NCBI GenBank assembly: GCA_043747615.1
Contig: JAYTOU010000003.1
Location: 96,001-160,000, forward strand
Direction of reading: 5' to 3'
DNA length: 64,000 nt
DNA from: Myxococcales bacterium
Lineage (GTDB): Bacteria; Myxococcota_A; Polyangia; Polyangiales; Polyangiaceae
Part shown: positions 18,484 to 28,000 of the stretch, one piece after another
Layout: the number at the start of each line of letters is the position of its first letter
How positions within the stretch are numbered: position 1 is the stretch's first letter
The notes under the pieces: model-generated
What the model was told of the DNA's origin: nothing
Database searches by the model: none
Seen by the model: the letters and a program-made list of their open reading frames with translations, nothing else
Position numbers and translations under genes: made by a program

Positions 18484-19209
18484 GTGCGCCTGATCTGCGG
18501 TCTTCAGCCCGTCCGTGAAGCGATTCGCGCGCACGGCGACAAACTTCAGCGGGTGCTCGTCGAGAAATCCGACTCGCCACAGCTCGATGCGGTTGCGCGC
18601 TTCGCGGCCGACCACGGCGCGACCGTGCAGCGCGTCTCCCGCCTCGACCTCGACAAGATCTCCAAGGGCGCGCGCCACCAAGGTGCAGCGGCGTTCGCGC
18701 CGGAGCTGGCCTTAATTCCACTCCAAGACTTGGAAACAGGCAACGGCGCGCTGATCCTTGCGCTCGACGAGCTCGAAGATCCCCAGAACTTCGGGGCCAT
18801 CCTCCGCTCGGCGGTGGCCTTCGGCGCAACGGCGGTGATGTGGCCCGAGCACCGATCAGCTCCTCTCTCGCCCGCGACCTTTCGCGCATCGGCCGGAGCG
18901 GTCGAGCACGCGCCGCTCTGCCGGGTCTCCAGCCTGACCACCGCTCTTACCGATCTGCGCGCGCGCGGCGTGACCGTCATCGGCCTCGAGATGCAGGCAA
19001 AAGAAACGCTCGACGCGATCGAGCTGGAAGGCGCGCTCTGCCTCGTCGTGGGGGCGGAAGGCAAAGGTCTGCGCAAGACCGTGAAGGGCTGCTGCGATAC
19101 CCTCGCTCGGCTGCCGATGTCTGGGAAATTGGCCTCGCTCAACGCTTCGGTCGCAGCGGCCATCGCGCTCTACGAAGTCACCCGTCAGCGAACCGTAGCC
19201 AGCTCCTAA
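18484..19209 (+). CDS. rlmB: 23S rRNA (G2251-2'-O)-methyltransferase RlmB / TrmH family
   Basis: 'HQG', 'LDELEDPQNFGAILRS', 'GAEGKG', 'SLNASVA' SPOUT motifs. Confidence 0.88.
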   Translation: MRLICGLQPVREAIRAHGDKLQRVLVEKSDSPQLDAVARFAADHGATVQRVSRLDLDKISKGARHQGAAAFAPELALIPLQDLETGNGALILALDELEDPQNFGAILRSAVAFGATAVMWPEHRSAPLSPATFRASAGAVEHAPLCRVSSLTTALTDLRARGVTVIGLEMQAKETLDAIELEGALCLVVGAEGKGLRKTVKGCCDTLARLPMSGKLASLNASVAAAIALYEVTRQRTVASS

Positions 19210-19232
19210 ACCCTTCGCATCTCACACGGCCC

Positions 19233-20456
19233 GTGACGACTGCGCGTCCCCTTCCCGTTCGGCTCTTCATCTTCGCCTTCCTTGGGTGGACGTTCGATTT
19301 CTACGATCTCGTTCTCCTCGGGTTCATCAAGGAGCCCGTAGCGCACGATCTTCATCTGTCTCACACGGCAGAGACGTGGATGCTCGGCGTCGCCCTCGGC
19401 TCCTCGGGGATCGGCGGCATCGTCGCCGGGGCGCTGGCCGACCGCTACGGCAAGCGCACTCTGCTCGCGGCGACCGTGGCCCTCTACTCGCTCGGCTCGC
19501 TCATCAGCGGGCTCGCTCCGACCGTCGGCTTCTTTCTCTTTGGAAGGCTGATCGTCGGCCTCGGCGTCGGCGGAGAGTGGGCCATCGGGCACGGCATGCT
19601 CGCGGAGGCGGTCGATGCGAAGCTACGAGGGCGGGCCTCTGCTGCACTGCAAGCGGGCGAGCCGGTCGGCGTGGCCCTCGCGGCGATCGCCGGATTCTTG
19701 ATCATGCCGAAGGTCGGCTGGCGCTGGGTGCTCATTGCATCGAGCGTGACCGGGCTCCTCGCCCTCGTCGCGCGCTCGTCGGTGCATCTCCCGAACGAGC
19801 GGTCGCATGCCCGGGTCACCCTTCGAATGTTGCATGATGCACGCATCGGAAAACGCCTGGCTACGGCGTGGCTTTTGGGAGTTTTCAAGCTCGGCACCTA
19901 CTGGACTTGCTACACGTGGCTCCCCACGTTTCTCCTCAAGCAGATGGGCCAGAGCATCGGTCGGTCCGCCACGTGGATCCTCACCGCGCAGCTCGGTCAG
20001 CTCCTCGGCATGCTCTCGTTCGGCGCGGTCTCCGACTCCATCGGGCGCCGCCCCGCATTCTCGATCTACGCGTGTCTCACGGCGTGCGCGATCGCCCCTC
20101 TCGCCTTTGCCTGGCAGACGCTCAGCGCGAGACCGGGTCTTTTCTGGGGTACCATGCTTCTCCTCGGCTTCGGCTCGGGATGCACCGCTGGCTTCGGCGC
20201 GCTCCTCGCGGAGCTCTTTCCGACCGAGGTTCGAAGTGTGGCGATGGGAACGACGTACAATCTCGCGCGTGCGACGCAGCTCCTTGCGCCGGCGCTCGTC
20301 GGCACGATGGTCGCGAGCTACGGTCTCGCTGGCGGGCTGACCGTGCCCCTGGTGCTGGCGCTGGCGACGGCGTCCTGGGTGTGGATGCTCCCCGAGACGC
20401 GCGGCATCGCCCTCACCACGCTCGCCAACGCCTCCCCGCCGAGCGTCGAGAAATAG
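19233..20456 (+). CDS. MFS transporter
   Basis: 'WTFDFYD', motif A 'GALADRYGKR', 'GLGVGGEW', 'AELFPTEVRS'. Confidence 0.93.
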   Translation: MTTARPLPVRLFIFAFLGWTFDFYDLVLLGFIKEPVAHDLHLSHTAETWMLGVALGSSGIGGIVAGALADRYGKRTLLAATVALYSLGSLISGLAPTVGFFLFGRLIVGLGVGGEWAIGHGMLAEAVDAKLRGRASAALQAGEPVGVALAAIAGFLIMPKVGWRWVLIASSVTGLLALVARSSVHLPNERSHARVTLRMLHDARIGKRLATAWLLGVFKLGTYWTCYTWLPTFLLKQMGQSIGRSATWILTAQLGQLLGMLSFGAVSDSIGRRPAFSIYACLTACAIAPLAFAWQTLSARPGLFWGTMLLLGFGSGCTAGFGALLAELFPTEVRSVAMGTTYNLARATQLLAPALVGTMVASYGLAGGLTVPLVLALATASWVWMLPETRGIALTTLANASPPSVEK

Positions 20457-21247
20457 ACCTGAATTTCCAGGGCCGCGTCCCTTGCGTCGCGCTTGGTCGA
20501 GATCCTTCGCGCCGCGTCGCGCACGCTGCCGTTCATCGCAAGAAGATCGAGCAGCGTCTCGAGCGCTTCGTCGTAGGCACGGAGCTCGCGCGCGTCGAGT
20601 GGTCCGCTGTGGCGACCGGGAGCCTGCGTCGAGTGATCCCCATCACGCGACCTGGCGAACGCGGAGCCTAACTTTCGTCGCACCGCCATCTTCAGCTTCA
20701 TCTTCAGCGCGGCAACGAGGAACACCACCGAGCCATTCATGTCGCACGCCACGTGCTCGAACTCGCTCCTCCACAAGTCATCGAGCTCGCCATCGAAGGA
20801 GCTCCACGCGGCGCTCTTGGTCGCGGCATCGAGGCGCGCGAAGAACCCGACCTGCCCCTGGTGGTGCTCGGGGTCGACGAATTTTTCCAGGTGGCAAAGA
20901 TCGTGGAGCGCAAAAGCGAGCGGACTTTCGTGCGGTTTCGTGCTCGATCCGTCCTCGAGGAGCGAAACGCAGCGGCGCCCGCGTGCCTGCAGAGAGAGCA
21001 CCTCGGCCGGACGTGGCACGTAGGTGAGGACGTCGATGTCCCGCTCTCCTTCGGCGATGGCCACGAGCCCGCGCGCAACGCCCGCCTCGATGCGATGAAG
21101 CCGGTGCTCGGCGAAGAGACGCACCGCAGGCGAGGGATGCGCGCATGGAATGGGAGGACGCGCTCGACCCTGAAGCCACCGGACGCCCGCCGTGCTCTTG
21201 ACCCGTTCGAGAACGAACGAGCACACGCGCTCGCCCTGATCAGTCAT
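20318..21247 (-). CDS. Hypothetical protein with HDxxH motif
   Basis: 309 aa ORF following the DUF4388 gene; 'FALHDLCHLEKF', 'GQVGFF', 'FEHVACDMN'. Confidence 0.65.
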   Translation of the reverse strand: MTDQGERVCSFVLERVKSTAGVRWLQGRARPPIPCAHPSPAVRLFAEHRLHRIEAGVARGLVAIAEGERDIDVLTYVPRPAEVLSLQARGRRCVSLLEDGSSTKPHESPLAFALHDLCHLEKFVDPEHHQGQVGFFARLDAATKSAAWSSFDGELDDLWRSEFEHVACDMNGSVVFLVAALKMKLKMAVRRKLGSAFARSRDGDHSTQAPGRHSGPLDARELRAYDEALETLLDLLAMNGSVRDAARRISTKRDARDAALEIQVYFSTLGGEALASVVRAMPRVSGSIHTQDAVASASTRGTVSPPARP

Positions 21248-21269
21248 CTGCAGTCATTCGCGTGTCCGC

Positions 21270-22532
21270 TCACGCGCGTGAGGGCGGCCCGCCCTCGGTC
21301 GGTCGCACCGGCTTCAGGATCTCGCTCACGGAGGCCATCAGCGCCAGCTCCTGTTCTCGCGACAAGAGCGACCCCGCATGGAAAAGTGCAAAACCGACAT
21401 ACTCATGAAGGAGCTGAACGAGCCACGCGTCTGGGTCATCGCCGGCGAGCGCTACGAGATTTCGCGCCACCCGTTCGGGCTTGAGCGAGCCATCCTCGAT
21501 CGGGCCCGCGCCCTGAAAAAGCGGATCGTAAACGCCGCCGCCGGTAGCGAAGCGCATGAGCCCATCGCGTAGCTCAGCCCCCTTCCCCGCGGAGTCGCAC
21601 CGGCGATGGATCTCCATCAGCCCCGGGTTGAAGGCTTCGACGATGGCCTCGGGGCCCTGCGGACGTGGTGCGATCATCTGGATGAATCCGCCATTGACGA
21701 GCTGAAACAGAGCGCGGGTGACCTCGAACTCGAGCTGGCCAATGCGCCGCCCGATCTCGGCAACACTGCGCTTTCCGTCGCACTGGGCGAGGATCTCGAC
21801 GAGATCGTCGGGCACTTTCTTGTCCTTCGAGGCGGGGCTGATCACCGCGATGTAGCTGTCGTTCGGGACCTTCTCGCGAAAAAAGCCGAGCTCGTCCATC
21901 CGGCGCGCGCCCTCCATGAGGAGCGCTGCGGCGTTGAGGTTGTGACGCCGGACGAGGTTTTTCTCGTCGAAGCGATCGAAAAAATAAAACATGCCGTCGC
22001 TCACGTGAAGCGCGGCGTAGAAGACCTCTTCGACCTGACGGGCCATCATGGGAAAGAGATCTTCGGCGGTGACGAAGTCGAGCTCGATCGCCGCTTCTCC
22101 GAGCCGTTTTCCAGACACCGCCGACGCCTGGATGGCTTCGTCGAGCTGCTCGCGGGTCACCACGCCGAAGCGGTACAGAGTCTCTCCAAGCCGCTCGTCG
22201 GGAACGGTAGTCACGGCGCCGACCACGTGCCCGGTGTCGAAATAAATGGACCGAGCACCCCGCTCCTCGAGCACGACGAGCTCTCCTTTCCAGTTCGCCT
22301 GGGCGATGAGAGCCGCAATGTCACAGAGGGCCCCGGGCGAGCAGATCTCGCCGGCCAGCTTCAGGACCGGCCCGGGAATAGGGTACTCGCCACGCAACAA
22401 GATGACGTCGCGCGGACTCGATTTGAGACGCCACTCGCCCGGGCGCGCTCGCAGCTGCTGGCTTGCCGTTCGACCCAAAGGGTGAACCGTCCCGGTGACG
22501 TCGACACGAAGCAGATCGTCACGATCCGACAT
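21270..22532 (-). CDS. DUF4388 domain protein with tandem RLG (MshEN-like) repeats and winged-helix-like region
   Basis: 'LAGEI...GELVV...RSIYFDTG', two RLGE motifs, 'LLMEGARRMDE', 'CDGKRSVAEI'. Confidence 0.82.
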   Translation of the reverse strand: MSDRDDLLRVDVTGTVHPLGRTASQQLRARPGEWRLKSSPRDVILLRGEYPIPGPVLKLAGEICSPGALCDIAALIAQANWKGELVVLEERGARSIYFDTGHVVGAVTTVPDERLGETLYRFGVVTREQLDEAIQASAVSGKRLGEAAIELDFVTAEDLFPMMARQVEEVFYAALHVSDGMFYFFDRFDEKNLVRRHNLNAAALLMEGARRMDELGFFREKVPNDSYIAVISPASKDKKVPDDLVEILAQCDGKRSVAEIGRRIGQLEFEVTRALFQLVNGGFIQMIAPRPQGPEAIVEAFNPGLMEIHRRCDSAGKGAELRDGLMRFATGGGVYDPLFQGAGPIEDGSLKPERVARNLVALAGDDPDAWLVQLLHEYVGFALFHAGSLLSREQELALMASVSEILKPVRPTEGGPPSRA

Positions 22533-22573
22533 ATTTCTACGAGGATACATCAAGGTGTGTCAAAAGAAGAAAA

Positions 22574-23497
22574 ATGGGGACAACGGCGGCGGCAGTTTCG
22601 ACTTGGACCGACCTCGAGGGACTGCTCGCAGGCGCCGCCTACCTCGCCGATCCGAAGACGACGCTCGTGGCCTGGTTGGCGCTGAAGCTCGAGAAGCCGC
22701 TCCTCGTCGAAGGCCCCGCAGGCGTCGGGAAAACGGACCTTGCGCGCGCTCTGTCCCAGGCCCTCGGTCGTCCGATGGTGCGCCTCCAGTGCTATGAGGG
22801 GCTCGACGAGTCGAAGACGCTCTACGAATGGGACTACGCAAAGCAGATGCTCTACACGCAGCTCCTCAGGGACGCCGTGAAGGAGAAGACCCAAGGAGCG
22901 GCAACGCTGGCCGAGGCCGCTGACCGGATTTCGACGGCGGACGACGCCTTTTTCAGTGAGCGGTTCCTGGTCGCACGCCCGCTCCTCAAGGCGCTCACCA
23001 GCGACGAGCCCGTCGTTCTCCTCATCGACGAGGTCGATCGCGCGGATCCGGAGTTCGAGGCATTTCTTCTCGAGATCTTGGCCGAGCAGCAGGTCACGAT
23101 CCCGGAGCTCGGAACGATCCGCGCCAAGCACGCGCCCCTGGTCATCCTCACCACGAACGGCACGCGCGACATGACCGACGCGCTTCGACGCCGCTGCCTG
23201 CACGTCTTTCTCGACTACCCTTCTCCCTCGCGCGAGCTGCAGATCCTCGAGCTGCGCGTACCGGGGATCTCGAAGACCCTGGCAACCGAGCTCGCGCGCG
23301 TGGCGGAAAAGCTGCGAAAGCTGGACTTGCGGAAGGCGCCGAGCATTTCGGAGACGATCGACTGGGGGCGCGCTCTGCTACTTCTCGGAGCAAGCGCGCT
23401 GGACAAAAGCCTTGTCTCAGCCACGCTGGGCGCTCTTCTCAAGCACGAAGAAGATCGCCTCAAGGTGGAAACGAAGCTCGATACTATTCTGGCCTGA
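22574..23497 (+). CDS. MoxR/CoxD-like AAA+ ATPase
   Basis: 'LVEGPAGVGKT', 'RLQCYEGLD...YEWDY', 'LLIDEVD', 'DALRRRC'. Confidence 0.92.
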   Translation: MGTTAAAVSTWTDLEGLLAGAAYLADPKTTLVAWLALKLEKPLLVEGPAGVGKTDLARALSQALGRPMVRLQCYEGLDESKTLYEWDYAKQMLYTQLLRDAVKEKTQGAATLAEAADRISTADDAFFSERFLVARPLLKALTSDEPVVLLIDEVDRADPEFEAFLLEILAEQQVTIPELGTIRAKHAPLVILTTNGTRDMTDALRRRCLHVFLDYPSPSRELQILELRVPGISKTLATELARVAEKLRKLDLRKAPSISETIDWGRALLLLGASALDKSLVSATLGALLKHEEDRLKVETKLDTILA

Positions 23498-23545
23498 CAT
23501 GCGATTCGACGAAACGAAGGGGGCCGCGGGGCCGATGGGACCACC

Positions 23546-24994
23546 ATGAAAAAGCGGCTCGTAGTTTTCGTTCTTGCAGCCTCGGTCGCCTCGGTCGCGG
23601 CGTGCGGCGATAGCTCCTTCGGCTCCGGCAACGGCGCGGACGGAGGCGACGACGACGGCTCCAATTCGGTTACGGGCGGGAGGGCCGACGGCGGAGCGGA
23701 GGACGCCAGCGCAGAGGACGCCGGCGCAGACGCCAGCTCCATGGCGGACGTTCCGTGCGTCCCCGAGACCGCAGATGCGACGGTCGGCTTCTTCGTGGAT
23801 CACAACAGCACGGCGGGGGTGACGTGCGGAGACGTGACCGCGCCCTGCAAGACGATCCAGCCCGCGATCGATCTGATCCCGACGATCGCCGGAAAGTCCG
23901 TCGTCTATGTGGCCCTTGGCACCTACGTGGAAAACATCACTCTTAAGCCCGGCGTTACGATCAAGGGCGGCTGGAAAAACACGGGCGCCACCTTCTCCCG
24001 GGCTTGCAGCGCGAACCCCGCGGGCGGCGTCGTCATTCAAGCGCCAACGAGCAACGTCACGCTCAATGTCGCGAGCCTCGGGGGCTCGGCAACCCTCGAC
24101 ACGCTCACGCTGTCGAGCCGAGTTGCACCGGCAGCTCCCGGGGAGTCGATGTACGGGATCTTCGCTACGGGCGCGTCGACGACGCTCAGGCTCGACAACG
24201 TGGTCGTCCAGACGGCGCGGGCTGGTAGCGCTAGCCCAGTCGCCCCAGCGGGTTCCGGTACGCACTCGTGCGCCGCAGCGTCGACGGGGGCGAGCGGAGC
24301 GCCGGCCTCGGGCGTCGCGCCGGCGGCGTCCGCTGGAAGCTACTCGGTAGCTGGATATACTCCAGGCGCGGGAAACGCGGGGCCCCCAGGAAACGCCGGA
24401 GAAAATGGAGCGCAGGGCCAGCCAGCAACCGGGAGTCAATGTGTCAGCGGCTGGCCGGGCTGTGATGAAGGCGCTTGTATGTTCACCGGCAGCAACACCA
24501 CCTCGTGCGCGGGACCTGGGACGCCTGGATGCGGGGGGCCACCAGGACTGGGTGGCGGCGGAGGCGGAGGCGGGGGCAGCTCGTTGGGTGTGTTCGCGTG
24601 GGGTGCGACCGTCTCCGCATCCGCTTCTTCGATCACCGCAGGCGCGGGCGGGGCGGGGGCGCAGGGGGGTTCCGGCGGGCCCACGAGCCCGGGGGAAAAT
24701 GGCCAACGACGACAGACTTCCCTCTATTATGACTGTTCGGATCCATTGATGAAGGGCACCTGCCCCAATGTTTTTACGCACACCTCGTCCAGCGCCAGCG
24801 CGGGAACGGTTGGTGGAAATGGCAGCGCAGGCCTCGCTGGCGGCGGCGGTCCGGGCGGCGATTCGTATGCAGTCTACAAGGGCGCCGGTGCCTCCTACAC
24901 GGGAACGACGACCCCCCTCGCCGCCGGTGTGGCGGGCGGCGTAAGCGCCGGAAATCCGCCCGGGCCAGGCGGAACGTCGGCTCAAAGCAACTGA
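23546..24994 (+). CDS. Gly-rich (PGRS-like) lipoprotein with DUF1565-like beta-helix N-terminal region
   Basis: Lipobox VAAC, 'PCKTIQPAI...VYVALGTYVE', GGGGGGGGGS and Gly-Xaa-Gly runs. Confidence 0.78.
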   Translation: MKKRLVVFVLAASVASVAACGDSSFGSGNGADGGDDDGSNSVTGGRADGGAEDASAEDAGADASSMADVPCVPETADATVGFFVDHNSTAGVTCGDVTAPCKTIQPAIDLIPTIAGKSVVYVALGTYVENITLKPGVTIKGGWKNTGATFSRACSANPAGGVVIQAPTSNVTLNVASLGGSATLDTLTLSSRVAPAAPGESMYGIFATGASTTLRLDNVVVQTARAGSASPVAPAGSGTHSCAAASTGASGAPASGVAPAASAGSYSVAGYTPGAGNAGPPGNAGENGAQGQPATGSQCVSGWPGCDEGACMFTGSNTTSCAGPGTPGCGGPPGLGGGGGGGGGSSLGVFAWGATVSASASSITAGAGGAGAQGGSGGPTSPGENGQRRQTSLYYDCSDPLMKGTCPNVFTHTSSSASAGTVGGNGSAGLAGGGGPGGDSYAVYKGAGASYTGTTTPLAAGVAGGVSAGNPPGPGGTSAQSN

Positions 24995-25006
24995 CGTACG
25001 GAACGC

Positions 25007-28000
25007 CTACCGAAGCTCGGCGACTTGCTCGCCGAAGACGCGCTCGAGGCCGGCGAGAAGGGGGTCGCCGACCTCGACGCGGAAGTCTTTTCCGAGCTGC
25101 ATGACCACCTCGGCACCGTCGTGCATTGTGAGATAGAGCGTCACCGGACATTGCCCGCGCCGCGCGCTGAAGAGATCACGCATCTGCGTCAGATCCGTCG
25201 ACTTGGTGCGATCGGCGTGCAGACGGATCGCCAGGCGATGCTCCCCTTTGACCACCGCGCCGCTCAGTGACTCGACGGCGTTCAGGAAGATCGTCGGCTC
25301 GCGGTTGGCCTCTTGCTCGTCCTCGGACGACGCGTCCTCGTCGCGCCGAGGGAAGCTCACCTTGCCGGTGATGAGCACCGGCTCACCGCTCGTGAGGAGC
25401 TGCGCGAAGGACTCGATCTCTCTGCCTCGCACTTTGACGTTCACGCGACCGGAGAGATCTTCGAGCTCGAAGAACGCAAGCTTCCCGCCCCCTTCACGCA
25501 GGATTTTCTCGCGATACCCCTCGACCATTCCGGCGAGGCGAACCACGGTCCAGTCGGGCATGCCCGCGCAGTCTGCGCACTGGCGAGCGTCGATGCGGGC
25601 GAGCGCTCCTCCGCCCTTGAGGTAGCGTTCGAGCGGGTGGCCCGAGACGTAAAAGCCGAGTGACTGGCGCTCGCGCACGAGCATTTCCCGACGATCCCAC
25701 GGCTCGCACTGCGGGTAGTCTCCGGCGCTCAAGCTGACGGTGACCGCGGTCGCGCCCGCGTCGAATAGGCCGAAGAGGCTCGTTTGACCGCGCTCGCGAT
25801 CCCGGCTGGCGGCGCGGGAGCGCTCGAGCGCGACGTCGATGGATGCAAAGGCCCGCGCACGGGTGACGCCTTGCTTGGCAAAGGTGGTGTCGAAGGCGCC
25901 GCACTGCACGAGCGCCTCGAGGACGCTGCGGTTGATCTTCTTCGCGTCGACGCGGGCCGCAAAATCGAAGAGGTCGACGAACGGACCGCCGCTGGCGCGT
26001 GCTTCGAAGAGAGTCTCCAGAGCCGCGCCACCTACGCCGCGCACCGCGCCGAGGCCGAAGCGCACCTGTGGACCGAGCACGTCTTTGACCTTCTCGCGCG
26101 AGGTGAGTTTCTTGTTCCCATCCGGATGCGTGAAGACGACTTTGAAATCGGTATCGCTCTCGTTGATGTCGGGCGGAAGCACGGTGACGCCCATCGCGCG
26201 CGCGTCCGCGATGGTGCGAACGACTTTTTCGATCTTGTCCCGGTCGCTCGTCATGATCGCGCACAAGAGCTCGACCGGGTAATGAGCTTTCAAATACGCC
26301 GTTTGGTAGGTGATGAGCGCGTACGCGGCGGAGTGGCTCTTGTTGAAACCGTAGCCAGCGAAGAACTCGAGCAGACCGAAGATGCGCGCAGCGTCCTCCG
26401 CGTCTACCCCCTTCGACTTAGCGCCCTCGAGGAAGATGTCTTTCTGCTTGGCCATCTCCTCGGGCTTCTTCTTGCCCATCGCGCGACGCAAAAGATCGGC
26501 GCCTCCCAGCGTGTAGCCGGCGAGGAGCTGGGCGATTTGCATGACCTGCTCTTGGTAGACGACCACGCCGTACGTCGGCATGAGGAGCTCATCGACGAGG
26601 GCGTGCATCTTCCCGATGGGCTCGCGGCCATTCTTGCGGTTGACGAAGTTCGTCACCATTCCCGCGCCCAGGGGGCCGGGGCGGTAGAGGGCCACCGCGG
26701 CGACGATGTCCTCGAAGCAATCGGCGCGCAAATCCTTGAAGAGCTGCTGCATCCCGCTCGACTCGATCTGAAATACGCCTTTTGTTTCACCCGATCCGAG
26801 GAGGACGTAGGTAAGTTTGTCGGTTAGCGGAATTTTGGTTAGATCGAAGGTCTTCTTTTGCCGTACGAAGTCGGGGCGCGCGTTGATCAATCGGGTGGCA
26901 ACGTCCAGCACGGTCAGCGTCTTCAGACCGAGAAAGTCGAACTTCACGAGGCCGGCCAGCTCGACGTCGTCCTTGTAATACTGGGTGACGTAGCCGCCGC
27001 CTTTGTCGTCCTTGAAGCAAGGAACGTGATCCCACAGCGGGCCTTCGCTGATCACGATCCCTGCAGCATGCTTTCCTGCGTGCCGCGTCAGACCCTCTAG
27101 TTTTTCGGCCTGAACGAGGAGCTCTTTCGTGAGCGGCTCCGTCTCGTAGCGCGCCTTCAGCTTGGGCTCGACCAGAAGGCTCTCGGCGATCGTATAGGTC
27201 TCGGCGGGCGTCTTCCGAGGGATGAGATTGGCGATGGCCTGGGCCTCGATGGGGGTGATGCCCATGCAGCGCGCGACGTCTTTGAGGACGCTCTTCGCCT
27301 TCAGCTCGGCGAACGTCGCGATTTGTCCGACGCTCGTCTCGCCATATTTCTTCTGTACGTAAGCAATGACCTGATCGCGACGATCCATGCAAAAATCGAT
27401 GTCGAAGTCCGGCATGCTGACGCGCTCGGGATTTAGGAAGCGCTCGAACAGGAGGTTGTAGGGGATGGGATCAAGGTCGGTGATCCGCATCGCGTAAGCG
27501 ACGATCGAGCCGGCCCCCGAACCGCGGCCGGGGCCAACGGGAACACCATTGTCTTTCGCGTAACGAATGAAGTCCCACACGATGAGGAAGTATCCGGGAA
27601 ACTTCATCTTGCAGATGACGTCGAGCTCCATCTCGAGCCGCGCGCGGTAGGCACCGCTGTCCACTGATTTGCCGGTGAGCGCGAATTCCTCGAACCGCGA
27701 GGTGAGCCCTTCCCGCGCAATATGCCTGAAGTAGCCGTCGGTATCGAAGCCGGCGGGAACGGTGAAGCTCGGGAGCATCGGCTCGCCGAGCTTCAGCTTG
27801 ATGGCGCAGCGCTCGGCGATGGCGAGGGTGTTCGAGAGAGCCTCGGGGAACGCAGAGAAGAGCGAGCGCATCTCGTCGGGCGACTTCAGGAACATCTCGC
27901 TCGAGCCGTGGTGGCGCTCTTTCGCCTCCGCGTACGATCTTCCGGACTTGATGCAGGAAAGATAGAGGTGCGCTTCGGCGTCGTCCCGCGATGCATAGTG

